From Octopus vulgaris (lineage: Eukaryota): a stretch of 64,000 nucleotides of DNA. Below are positions 25,702 through 39,192 of this stretch, piece by piece. Below the pieces are notes generated by a model. That model had not been told where the DNA came from and searched no databases. It saw nothing but the letters and a program-made list of their open reading frames with translations. Location of the stretch: the NCBI GenBank assembly GCA_951406725.2, contig OX597814.1, forward strand, positions 221,960,001 through 222,024,000, given 5' to 3'. The translations under genes were made by a program, and so were the position numbers. Numbering within the stretch: position 1 is the first letter of the stretch; each line of letters opens with the position of its first letter.

Positions 25702-26971
25702 TACTCAGGATAAGTCGCATGCAGTTTTGTTAATTGGGACCAAAGTAATTTGGCTGAAAGAATTATTGGCGTTTTCATTGTGAATCTCGTAGGAAAATCG
25801 ACTGACATCTTTCACATACCTGTAGACAATTTTGAAATGATACAATCTAATTATTTTCATCTTTCTGTGTACACTCGACAGTTCGTTACATACATCATCA
25901 CTCATCCGATTCCTCTTTGAATTATCTAAATGCTTTACTGATTATAAGAATGGCACTAATTGCTAAGCAAATCGCAAATATCACACATTTTGTGACGATT
26001 GTAGTCGATTCTATATTCCTCTTCCTTTGAGTTCTTCGTTTGTTGGCACTAAATATATGAAAATTAAATCTGGCCAAGAAAGAAGTTGACCTTTGAAGCT
26101 AATGGAATATTACTCAGTGCCGCATTTCTTCTATATGTATAAACATATTTTAGAAATTTTACACATTATGAAGTCCAATATTAATGCATCAGTGCATTAC
26201 TATCTGCACACTTTAACTGCATTTCCTACAAAACTCCGATTTAACATTCAACAACGTGTTTTTCTTCAATCATTTTTCCAAATCAGATATTTTCTACGAA
26301 TATTTTCTTTACCGTTAATGTCTTTCGACCAATATACTTTTGATTTACTTGTGTCTTTTTCCAATCAACGCACCTTTATTCATATATACAAATATACATA
26401 TACAAATACATACACACACACACATTCACACTTATATATAAATATACATATAATCTTGCACACAAATATATGCACATACACTCACGTAAATCTATGTACA
26501 CATAAGTATATTATATATACTTAGTGGTATATTGAAATTTATCGATGTATGTATTACGATGTATATATACATATGTGTATACATACACACACACATATAT
26601 CCACCCGAAACATCTATATATATATATTTGTGTATCAATTTGTTAGCAGATAATAGTTCCGATCTCAGAACTTAGCGTTAGGGGACAGTATCCTGCCATT
26701 ACGCTTAGATACAGAGTTGCGTAGTTGGAGCTAGTAGTACATAAACCAAATATCTGAAGATAGGAATTTAGAACTGCTAACAACAACATTCACCTACGCA
26801 TATACGCGCGTGCGGTAATGTGTGTGTGTGCGTGAGTGAGATTATGGTGTGTATAGTCTTTAAGATATATTAATATTATGTCTTATTGTATTTCCTCCGA
26901 ACGCTTTCAAGTTTGAAAACAACACTAACTATTTGCAACGACAGTCACTTCTTATACGTGCAACAAATTTT

Positions 26972-27153
26972 GGCTTCAAATTTCGGCTCAAGGCCAGCAA
27001 TTTGGAGGGATTGTGGCCTTAGTACACAGCTGGTACTTATTTTATTATTCCCCGAAACACAAAGTCGACGTCAGCGATATTTGAACTCGAGACGGACGAA
27101 ATGCTGCAGAGCATTTTACCAGACGTGCTAACGACTGTGCGAAATCGCCGCCT
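26972..27153 (-). mobile_element. SINE family B, diverged
   Basis: CAAGGCCAGCAATTT tail, CAAAGTCGAC core, CGTGCTAACG..TCGCCGCC head. Confidence 0.8.
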
Positions 27154-27249
27154 TCTGTCAGCTACTGATATTACCAAATATTTACACTTATTAACTTCAC
27201 ATTGCATTGTGCTCTGTTATGTTATTTAACTTACAGTTCTATGATAAGG

Positions 27250-27294
<45 letters not shown>

Positions 27295-27399
27295 ATATAT
27301 ATATATATATTTATATATTTATATATATATGTATGTATATATATATATACAAGCTCACACACACACAAAACAAAAACACACACGCATATATAAATGTTC

Positions 27400-27433
<34 letters not shown>

Positions 27434-27618
27434 TCATACACTTTCAAAGATATATATGCATGTGATCGTGTGTGTATGTCTGTGTACCTATATATATATG
27501 ATTATACACTTAGAAACCTGCACACAAATATATATAGTTATACATACGAAACATATATGTATGCAGATATATTTATATTTTTAAACAAGCTTTCATATAT
27601 CTTGAACGTGTATCTGTA

Positions 27619-27704
<86 letters not shown>

Positions 27705-29049
27705 ATATATATACATTGAAATTCACACATATCTTCACAGATGTAGACTTAATTTACTAACTGGAAGGTCTTTTTATGGTTTTGTACTTAGACGTGTGGA
27801 GAGAAGTTGTTCTTTTCTTAGATGTTTCGAAAATGACACATATATTTAGAGTTGTACAATTGTAGGAGCATATATTCAACGACTTGATCAGTGCAGGGAA
27901 GAGATTATTCAGGTGTTTAATTAATTATTTTTGTAATTAAAAATAGGCTGTAAATTCCTGTACAATGAAATTCTGGATGCTCCATATGCAAATTGTCATT
28001 TCTGTGTTTCAAGTATCACCTGTAAAATAAAGTCGAGTAGATGTTCCTGAACACCAGTTTTCTATTAATTAGTAGAAGCTCACAAATCTCAAAATTATAT
28101 TATAAAAGTATTATCCGAGGTGGGTCTCAGTGGTTTATGGAATAACTTCCATGTGGTTTTTAATGTGGTTCTCCTGTCGTTATGAAAGACTGGTCTCGTC
28201 CTATATATACGACACAGTCATCACACCCATAGGGAATTTCTTTTTCAACAATAGTATATTGGCTACGAGTATAATTAATCAGTCACTAGCAATGAGTCAC
28301 AAACTGTTGTCATCGCAAAGGCCATACTTGTTATATTACACGTATTTGATATATACATGTACTAGCATACATATAACATACATACATCGTACACTTTCAT
28401 ATAAACGTCATATATGTATCATACTTACATGTAGCACAAATAGGTGCATACATGCAATTGCAGATGAACTCATATGACAGGAAACAGTAGTTGCTTTTAT
28501 TGTACACGTTGTCAATTGCTTGAGTAAAATGTTTTTTCTATGATTTAATGTATGTATGTAATAATTTCCCACATGTTGTCCATGCTTGCATTTCAATGAA
28601 TTTAAACAAAGATGAGTCTAACTGCCACATTTAACAATTTATAAATCATTTAAATTGACACTAAGCACGTATCTCCCATCACAAAGCAACAAACGCAAGC
28701 ATCTCTCCCAAAGCAACAAATCAACAAACAGCAAAACAAAACAAAAAGAAAAAGAAAAGAAAATAATCACTGGATTGCATTGGATGCCTGGATTAGATTT
28801 ATAACAAAACAATTAGATCAAAAAGTCCTTGACAAAAAAAAAGTAACAATAATAATCCTCTAACACGAGGATACGTCCTATACTCTGTTGTCTTTGCATG
28901 GGGAACTATAATTACCTTTTAAAACTACAGCAGTTTCTGGCTGAAGACGAAGACATATCAAATCCAAAGAGAATTTTTTCGGTATAATTTATTTTCAAAG
29001 AATTTAACGAAATTCGGATATATTTTGTGTCGTATATATAAATACATAC

Positions 29050-29095
<46 letters not shown>

Positions 29096-29389
29096 GCACA
29101 CACACACACACACACATATATATAGAGAGAGAGATAGATAGATAGATAAATAGATAGATGGATAGATAGAGAGAGAGAGAGATAGATAGATAGATAGATA
29201 GATAGGTAGATAGATAGATAGATATACCTGTTATTTTATCTAAATTATTTTTAATCAACATTAACGAATGTCAATAGAAGTGTTTAAATGTTTGTTCTAA
29301 GGGTGCTCTAATTTTATAACAGAAGATATTTTTTAATTAAGAATTCCCATTGTTAATTAGTGTACACAGTTATCAACTCCATTATCGTA

Positions 29390-29434
<45 letters not shown>

Positions 29435-29663
29435 GTTATTGTTATTATCATCATTATCATTATTATTATTATCATTATCATCATCATCATCATTATTATT
29501 ATTATTATTATTATCATTTTATGTTTATTATTAGTATTAATACTATTATTATTAATACTTTTTTATCATTATTATTATTATCAACATCATCATCATCATT
29601 CTTTTTCTTTTTCCTCTCCTTCTTCTTCTTTTTATTATTATTATTACTATTATTATTATTATA

Positions 29664-29709
<46 letters not shown>

Positions 29710-29710
29710 G
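29390..29710. repeat. (ATT)n/(CAT)n compound microsatellite
   Basis: Direct reading. Confidence 0.93.
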
Positions 29711-30040
29711 TCATATTGATGAATTTCTTCGCATTTTCTTTTAGAAAATATGTATGCGCTTCTCAAAATAATCGATGTTATGGTTGAAGTTTATTTCATA
29801 TATTACTGTGTTTTCGATATCCTTCTCTATAATTTAAATGATATTCTGCCGCAGTTGATCATCAGATGTACTAGTAGACAGTCATTATATTGTCTTTTAC
29901 ATTTACGCACATCCACACTTGCATCCATACAATTACTAAAGTGCTTACATCCACAATACATCCATACTTCTTTCTCAACTCATTGCTTTCTTGGAAGAAA
30001 TTTAATTACCTATATCTATATATATATATATATATACATA

Positions 30041-30080
<40 letters not shown>

Positions 30081-30097
30081 TATATATATTTAATGTT

Positions 30098-30134
<37 letters not shown>

Positions 30135-31025
30135 CATGTATATATATATAAGGTGTACATGTATATATATATATATAAGGTGTATATGTATATATATATA
30201 TATATAATTGATAAGTAGATGTATGTATGTGTACGTTTGTGTGCATGTTGTTACATTTGTTGGTATGCATATACATATACAATGCGTTTATACATATATG
30301 AATGCACGGGCGAAAGTGTGCATATATTCACATTGTTTTATAAATTATGATATATTACTGCTGTAGTTTATGTACAACCATAATGTTTTTGGTTCTTTAT
30401 CAGTCATTAATCAATAACTAATAATTAAACAAAAATATATCATTCGGTGCAGGTTATTTTAACACATTGAAGTCTTTTATTTCAATTTCTTTCATTCACA
30501 ATTTTCTTCTGTTGCTTTTAATATCTGTGGGATTTTTAATGAATTCTTTCGGTTTCCAGATTTTCTTGTATATTTGTCTTGTATTTATTTTTACTTGTTA
30601 TGCCAGTACTTGATGCAATAAAGACCATACTGTAAATGAGATCTTTTGGACGCTTGTGTCACATGGATTTAGCACCGCGTGCTACTGTCAGCTGCCAATA
30701 ACTGCTGTCGACTGTTGCGTTCTTCATACATCGGATTCGAAAACGCAGTGTCCGGTACAGCACTGTTGCTATATTGAGAGAAAGAGGAAGAAATGAATTG
30801 ATTTAATTACTAGCATATCATGAACAAACATTAATTAATGTTTTAACAGACATTTAAAAATCATTTTTAATTATAAGTAAAAAGCTAGGAAATTGTGATA
30901 AATAAATTACTGATTAAAATTATAGTTATAATACTATTGATAAAAGAAAAACAACTAGAACATAAATAATGAGGATAATGATGACGACGACGACGACGAT
31001 GACGACGATGACGACGACGACGACG

Positions 31026-31071
<46 letters not shown>

Positions 31072-31109
31072 CGACGACGACAAGAAGAATAATGATAACG
31101 TGTTAAACA

Positions 31110-31547
31110 AAAGCAAATGGCCTGGAATTTGTTGGGTGGGGGAGCAAATCGTTTACATCTACTCCTGTATGTGACCAGTGTTAATTTTATCGACCCCAAA
31201 ATAATGAAATAAGTACACGTCATGTACGCCGGGATTTGAACTCTGAACGTAAAGCCAGAATAAAAACGCTGAAAATCATTTTAGAATGCGTGCTAACGAT
31301 TCGTCTAGTTCACCTGATAATAGCGACAATGATACTTTGTCTTTCCAGGCACAGGACCTGAAAGTTTATAGGAGGTGGCTAGTGAATTACATCGACCCCA
31401 GTGCTCAACTGATACTTATTTTATCAACTCCGGAATAATAAAAAGCAACATTGACCACAGCGGAATTTGTAATTAGAACGTAAAGATGAACAAACTGCCG
31501 CTAAGCATTTTGTCTGGCGTGCTAACGATTCTGCCAGCTCGCCACCT
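31110..31547 (-). mobile_element. Two adjacent SINE family B copies (about 31110-31315 and 31335-31547)
   Basis: Each has ATCGACCCC, an ATTTG(A/T)A...AGAACGTAAAG-like block and a GCGTGCTAACGATTC head. Confidence 0.8.
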
Positions 31548-31587
31548 GTATAATAATAATAATGACAATAACAATGTGTGTGTGTGT

Positions 31588-31619
<32 letters not shown>

Positions 31620-32356
31620 TTGTGCGTGTATCACATGCGACACACATAGTTAAAAAAAAGGGGGAAATATTCAAATTCTGCATCACTGCATGAAAAATGT
31701 GACTAAGTCGCCCTTTGTCTTCTGATAAATTATGTCTATACGAGAAGGCGCTTCTTTTGTCTTAGCTGCTCCGGTGTTAAAACTTGGTACGATGTCTGGG
31801 ATCAGCATCCTCGAGGATGGCAGCTAGACGCTGATAAATAAAGACAACTTATAAAGAGTATAAGTCATCAGTGCATAGATGTTACCGCAAAGGATCTGAC
31901 TGCTGATCGAACCGAAACAGAACTCGAGGTCCACAATTTGTGGACGTATAGACGTTTCGACCATATACTCTATTGTATTGATAGAGTTTTTCTAAAGAAG
32001 TGCGTCCGTTGCATAATTCGAATGTAATCTGCTTATGCGTTGCCGTTGTAGACCAATGTATAGTTTATGCATTGCCTATATATACTTCAAACTAGTTAAT
32101 TTTAATTTGTCTTGGAAGTGATATGACAACTTAACGCTGAGAAGCAGCAGAGTGCCGAAATGCGTATCTGTCGCCCTCGCGTTCACTTATGGTGGGAATT
32201 TCTTTTCTCCTTAGTCTAGAGTATATTGTGCTTTTTTAACACTATACCTCAATAAAGGAATTTTTTCTAGACAGTATCTGCAGCTTCTAGCGTTTCACCT
32301 GCACAGACGCAGACATACAGACGGACAAACAAACAGAAAGCCACACACAAGGTATA

Positions 32357-32407
<51 letters not shown>

Positions 32408-34498
32408 TTATACGCACGCACACACATACACGTTTCTATGTACATATATAATCACCCACACGGGCACCCAGACAGACACAGACATATGCACGAACACATA
32501 CATAATTTAGCTGCAGGTAAACTTAATTGCTTTTACGACAGAACCACCAAACTGAGACAAACCTGGAAAATCCTACATATAAAGATACACACTTATATAC
32601 ACCTTGGTAATAAATTGTGAATATACGTTAAAATCAATAATATTTTATCTTTGTATAATGAGTCATATAATCAATTAAACTTGATAAAAATACATTTGAA
32701 AGACATCAAATATCTATATTGTTATACTGTTATTGATATTGAATAAAACTGATCTCACGGCATTGATTTGTACATATAAACTCCATTAGCAATATAGATG
32801 AATTTAACTGCTTGTTTGGCAAATCACCAGTTACGTTTAACCAAATAAAATTTTGACATTCAACAATTTAAACGTTATCGCCAGACCTCTGCATGATAGC
32901 AAGTACGTTGTGTGTGTGAGTGTGTGTGTGTGTGTGTGAGTGAGTGTGTGAGTGTGTGTATTTGTGTGTGTGAGTGTAAGTATATAATCATTTGCAAGAG
33001 GAGTCTATATTCTCTTTCGAATGCTAATACTTTCTTTAATTTTGTCGAAGCGTAAAGATGCAGAAGCTATATCTGAAAGCTGTTAAATTAAATGTTGAAA
33101 GATATTCTTAAAATATTACGCTTTGCTCTGTATTAAACGGTCCCTGCAGTTCATATGAGAAAGAGAGATAAAGAAAAGTGTGGAAAGAGCAAGGAAGAGT
33201 TGAATGAGTTTTGTGCTTCAGAAGTCGTCCAGACTTGGAAATTATTTTCACAAACACATTCCACATTAAAGCTTTGCATTCAGATTCAGAGACACCTGGA
33301 ATTTCAGTCGTAGTAAATACTTTATACTGACATACAATGGGTGCAAGCAGTACTGTATAGTTAAGATATTTGACATGCAACCAAGGGATAGCTTACTCTG
33401 CAACCTTACACTTAGCAACTGCGTAGTTTCACTATTATGCAGTTTCGTAGTATCATTTTCCATAGTCTTCACTGGAACAAAAGTTTGTGATTTAAATTTT
33501 GGTATACAAAAATAGATCTTTGTCTGTGGAACCTACCCCACCTTTCCACAGCTTAACACTACTTTCTGAATTTTGGGTACTTTTACCGGCGTCCACGCTG
33601 TTTGAAGAATCAGTCAATCATGTGTGAATAACTTCTTCAACTTACAAATCAAGCTGTGCTAGAAAATTATCAATGGGTAGGGATTTCCCTGATTCCCTGA
33701 TCTGAGTATGCCATTAAAGATCAGCTAGACTAAATATGAATCACTCTCAAATTCTAAGAATAACGTTAGAAAGTGGTAGCTATTGTCATATTGCTTTGAC
33801 GGTTATTCTTACATAAATTATGTAATTGATTTAAACGATAAGGTGTGACACTCAGATCGATTAGTCAAGATAGGCCAAATGTCTGCTTAGTGGAAAAAAT
33901 AGAGAACGAAGTGGTATATAGTAATGGTAGAATCTATGTATATATACATATCTGCGCTCTCTCTCTCTCTCTCTCTCTCTCCCTCTCTCTCCCTTAGTTG
34001 TAGCTGGAACAAGGAAGACATGTTCTTGTTTATCTCCTGTCCTAGCTTGATTCACGCGTTCGCCAACACAACCTCGTTTAGGCTTAGCAACCCTTCCTGT
34101 TTGTTTTCACTGTCCTGTCTGTGTTACCTATTTTGACCGACCGCAAAATCCCAAATTTTATATAATTTGCTTTGTAGGAACAAATGTTTTATCGAAAACG
34201 TACATTGTTGTTAAATGCTCGAAATATGATAGTAGAACAAGAGCCGACAACTGATGAAGGGTCGTTCTTTATGTCGTGTGTTTTGTTTTCCATTTGTGTA
34301 TTTCGTTGTTCGAAAGAATAGTTCAAGCTCCATGTACTCGTGCTTCGCACTTTTTTGTTGTACACGTTTCATAACGTCCTGTGCTCACATATGCATATAT
34401 ATACGTATAGATGTAAGTATGTACATATACGTATGTATATATGCATACACATATATATATCTCATATTATATTACACACGCATATATATAGGTATGTA

Positions 34499-34555
<57 letters not shown>

Positions 34556-34779
34556 ATAACTACACTGCCAGTTTGCGCAAAGTTGATTTTATGCAAAAAT
34601 CCGAAAACTTATTTTCGTAAAGTAGGTAATGAGTCGTAAAAGAAGTATTTTCTAAATTGAAGAGTGACGTAATCTTAATACATCAACATTTCCATCATGT
34701 TTCTGTTAAGTTCTATCATGTTCAATGATTTTATGGAAAAGTGCGAAAACACACACACATACACACACCCATATATACA

Positions 34780-35076
34780 CTGGCACTCTGTAGCTTACGA
34801 CAACGAATTTTCCAGTTGATCCGATCAATGGAACAACTTGCTCGTGAGATTAACGTGCAAATGGCTGAGCCCTCCACAGCCACGTGCATCCCTTCACATA
34901 CTTCACAGAGAAATTCATCGTGACACAGAACGTGTAAAAGCTGGCCCCTTGAAATACAGGTACTACTCACTTTTGCCAGCTGAGTGAATTGGAGCAACGT
35001 GAAATAAAGCGTCTTGCTCAAAGACACAATGCACCGTCGTGAATCACGAGTTTAGTACCCTAACCACTAAGCCACT
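34780..35076 (-). mobile_element. tRNA-derived SINE sharing the family C tail
   Basis: Head GTGGCTTAGTGGTTAGGG; tail CCAGTTGATCCGATCAA..GCTCGTGA matches 63769-63960. Confidence 0.85.
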
Positions 35077-35537
35077 AACCATATAAATGTCGGGGTTGAT
35101 AACATAAAGTACCATTCATTCAGTGGAGTTAATGTTGCACTTACATTCACATCTAAAAACTCTTAGCTTTGTACCTAAACTAAGACAGTTATTTATCCAA
35201 AAGTTAGTACTTACGTAGAATATTATGAGCGTAAGATTATGATTTGGTGACCTGCGCTTCTGTTGCTTTATGGGGCTTCTGATACTGTGCGAAGATTTGT
35301 ATTATTAATGTATAAATTCATTCGTTCGTGTCTCTATGTGTGTGCCTAAGTGTGTGTTTGTGTGTGTGTGTGTGTGTGATTAAGAGCGGTATGAGAAAAA
35401 CATTAACATACACGACCATTGTTTCCGACACAGTTTATATACATGCATTATCAGATCTGTTTTCATTCAAAACTAAATATCCCACTATTTAATCTAGACG
35501 TCTATACAATGTAAACATAAAATTTTAGCATACTTAC

Positions 35538-35582
35538 CAGACTGGTTGAAATTCTGTATCTTCGTTCTGTCCGTTGATCATA
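35538..35582 (-). other. Candidate 45-nt internal exon of an unidentified host gene
   Basis: ttcttttattttctaattacag|TATGATCAACGGACAGAACGAAGATACAGAATTTCAACCAGTCTG|gtaagtatg: strong acceptor and donor, length divisible by 3, two open frames. Confidence 0.5.
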
Positions 35583-37578
35583 CTGTAATTAGAAAATAAA
35601 AGAATTCATAAGTATAAAGTCAATAGGTACATGGTAAAGAACCTTGCACGCGACATATGAATATTTCGATATGTTTTAGTGTATAATAAAATATATTATG
35701 CGCTTCCATAAATAAATATTAAGATATGCATGACTAGTAATCCAAACTTTAAAAAAGAAGGAGAAAAAAAAGGAAAGGAATCTACTCTACTTCACAATTC
35801 CAAATTACTTCCAAACTAGATGTTCTTGCATGTTTCTGAGATCGTCTGCTGAAAGTAAAATGACTGAGCGAGGAAGACATGGAGAAAGAAGCAGCAAAAC
35901 GATTTGTCGGGAAACAGGTCGCATATTCGATAGACGAAAAGTCTGACACTGTATTATAAATAAATGTTTAATTGAAGTTGATGGTCTCTGTGCGTTTCTG
36001 AATGGCTACCTTGTCATCCACGCTGCAATCACGATATATAAAACATTATCTGAGAATATCAGGTCCAACAGTTATTTCATATACAATTATGAAAATGTAA
36101 TGTCTACGACTATCATCGATATACTATATATTTCTCATACAAACTTAAAACAAAAGCATTTGGGTGTAGATATTCCTGTGTGTGTGTGATTTTTAAGAAT
36201 AATCATATTCTATTAGAAGTTGTAGGAAAGTAATACAGACGTTTCTAGTTTTATCTACACCAATCTTTACCGACAGTAAACTGAAATGTATTTAATACGG
36301 CATTTTGCCGCATCTGTCACTTCAATTATTCTTATGTGTCATAAAAAGGAAACCGTTCTCAGAAATGGTATGATACTAGATCGAAAACTTAGTTTTTTCA
36401 TCTTTCATTTTCCCCATTTATATCGTCGTATACCTATGCTAGAAATAACCAATTATCTTACTGCTAAACACATTTACTGCATTGAAAGGTCAATATCAAA
36501 TGAAACCACTAGTGAATTGTTGATATTTGTATCGATGCAATAAAGCGAAGGAAACTAAATAGTAACATTATTATAATTTTGATCCTAAAAGGAAAAGCAA
36601 TTACTTTCAAGGTATTTCGTGAGGTACATTAAATTTTCTTCAAGTTCTCGAAAAGAAATACCAAGAGAATGATATTCAATTAACTTTATTAAAGAATAAA
36701 ACGTCAATTATCTGTAAATTCCCTTTATCGGGGAAGACAATGATTTATCTGGAAGGAAAGGTTCGAATTACAAGATTGTATGTTACATAGCAGACATCTA
36801 CTAAGTCACAACACAGAAAAACAACAGTGCACACGTGTATATGTAAACGTTTACAGTGATTAATGTGGCAAGCTGGTCTATCGACACCTCTGTGGATGAT
36901 TCAAACTGATACCAGAAATAGACATAAAAGTGAAGATGATAGAAAAGAAAATGTTTTAAATAAAAAACACTAAGATGGCAATTCAGCCACCAGATGTCAC
37001 TTGAAAATAAAAGAGAAAAATTCAGTAGGAATTTAATTACTTTACAGTCAAAAAGACTTGGAGTCAGAAGACCAGTTAAAATAAATATAGGCATCTCAAC
37101 TGGATGTTGTTATTGTTATTGTTTCGAAGTGAAACTCAGTGACGAAGAAACTGCTAAAAATTCCAGAACCAAGGAAGATAAAAGGACATAAAAGAAAGGA
37201 GAAAAGAAAGAGTATAAAAACAAAAGGCGACATATTTGCAGATCTGAAAATAGTCTCAGAAGAAAAAAACGAAAAAAAGAAAAATAATCAAGAATGATTG
37301 AGTGAGGTTAAGAAAGAGGGGAAGAAAGAAGAAAATATGCAAACAAAATCACAAAAGAATTACAGAAGATAAATGGATGATGCAGTAGTTTGCTTCAATT
37401 ACAAAGGAATTGTCTATTTTTATTCCTGCGAAGTAGAAATGAAAATATTGTAGATGTAAACTCTATAGTGCGTGCGCGCGCGTGTGAATGTGTATGTCCA
37501 GGCATCTATATCATATGTCTATATGTATATCAAATATGTGTGTGTATATATACATGCATATATATGTATATATATAAA

Positions 37579-37626
<48 letters not shown>

Positions 37627-38129
37627 CATTCGTATATATAGAAAGTTTTATTACACTTGAATGTGCTTTAACGTATGTTCGTAAGTGTAATCTTAACTTC
37701 ATATATAATGAAAAATAATTTATAAACGTCAGAATTAAAAAAAGTTTGTTCATTAAACTCATTCGCCAATTTTTGTATTTGCTTGTATTTGAAAATGCGG
37801 TATCACATGATATGTTGTCTTTGTTCTCACAACATAAGAGACACATAATTATCTCAGCCCTTATTCTGTTTGTACTTGACTTGATTTAGCATTTCCATTA
37901 ATTGTTTTAAGTTAGATATATCATGCTGTGTGTTCCATGTAATTCATGTTCATATAGAATCGATGGATCAATAGGTGGATAGGATTTGCAGCAGCGTTGC
38001 CATTTTATCGCCTATATATTTTGCAAGAAGTGAAAGCGCATATGTAAGCATTGTTTAGGCAGTGTTCAGTGAATCTTTCCTTTGGTGAATAATAATTTCT
38101 GTTGGCTTCTATGTAAATCAAGAATAATT

Positions 38130-38178
<49 letters not shown>

Positions 38179-38182
<4 letters not shown>

Positions 38183-38421
38183 TAAAATTTTATAATTGGA
38201 AATTCTATACTGAAGAGAGAAGTAAGTAAAATTCAAATCACTTTAATCTCGAAACGCGTATATAGTTAACCCTGGTCGTGTTAATTCATTGTTTTCCTCT
38301 TTGCCTTCATAAAAAGTTATGTTTACCATCATGGAGATTCTTATGGTAGCAGAAAAGGAATTTTTAACTATTTTCTAAATTCGGTATGTGGTGAAGCAAT
38401 TCGCTGAACCCTAATTATAAT
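38179..38421 (+). mobile_element. ~240-bp HHR-bearing PLE-like/retrozyme-like element within (TA)n
   Basis: (TA)n at both ends; canonical HHR near the 5' end. Confidence 0.7.
38205..38265 (+). ncRNA. Minimal type I hammerhead ribozyme, all core residues intact
   Basis: CTATA-CTGAAGA-GAGA ... TCTC-GAAA-CGCG-TA-TATAG: helix I CTATA/TATAG, helix II GAGA/TCTC, palindromic CGCG loop III, GUA triplet at 38258-38260. Confidence 0.85.
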
Positions 38422-38443
38422 TATATATATATATATATATATA

Positions 38444-38650
38444 GGCGCAGGAGTAGCTGTGTAGCAAGAAGCTTGCTTCCGAACCATGTGGTTACGGGTT
38501 CAGTCTCAAAATTGTAGTTCATTGGGCAAGTGTCTTCTACTATAGCCTCGGGCCAACCAAAAGCTAGTGGTTTGGTAAAATGGACCGATAGGCTTACAAA
38601 GAATAAGCTTTATGGCCGCAGTCAAACGACTGAAACAAGTAAAAGAATAA
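38444..38650 (+). mobile_element. SINE family A, internally deleted
   Basis: GGCGCAGGAGTAGCTGTGT head and GACTGAAACAAGTAAAAGA tail; middle missing. Confidence 0.85.
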
Positions 38651-38754
38651 AATAATAAATATGAGTACTATACTAATGAGCATTGTACTTCAGTTTTTCA
38701 TTGGGTCAATAATTTATTAAGGGTAAAGTATTTTCTCTCCTAAAAGCACAAATT

Positions 38755-38904
38755 ATTGTGTGAATAAGAAGTCCCCTTCACAACCACGAGGTTTGGATTT
38801 AATCCCACTACACGACACATTAGGCTAGAATCTTCTACTATAGCCTCGGTCCGACCAAAGCCTTGTGAGTGGATTTGGTAGACGGAAACTGAAAGAATCC
38901 CGTC

Positions 38905-38962
<58 letters not shown>

Positions 38963-39192
38963 ATATGTGTATGTATGTGTATATGTATGTGTGTTTGTGT
39001 GTCTGTGTTTGTCTCTCTATTATCACTTGGCAACCGATGCTGGTGTGTTTACGTCTCCTTAGCTTAACGGTTCGGCAAAAGTGACCGATAGAATAAGTTC
39101 TAGGCTTACAAACAATATAGCCCGTGATCGATATGTCTGACTAAAGGCAGTGCTCCAGCATAGCTGCAGTCAAATGACTGAAACGCATAAAC
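38755..39192 (+). mobile_element. SINE family A
   Basis: Body and tail match 7472; head decayed; a further old 3' half follows at about 39290-39455. Confidence 0.88.

Noticed and set aside
28941-29020. CTGAAGA...CGAAA hammerhead-like spacing (similar cases near 19720, 27820-27892, 40452-40480 and 51505)
   Set aside because: Helix I or II cannot be paired, or core residues are changed; possibly decayed PLE ends but not supportable individually.
33108-33660. Coding-like minus-strand stretch with two short ORFs
   Set aside because: Stops and frame changes, no recognisable domain and no convincing pair of splice sites.
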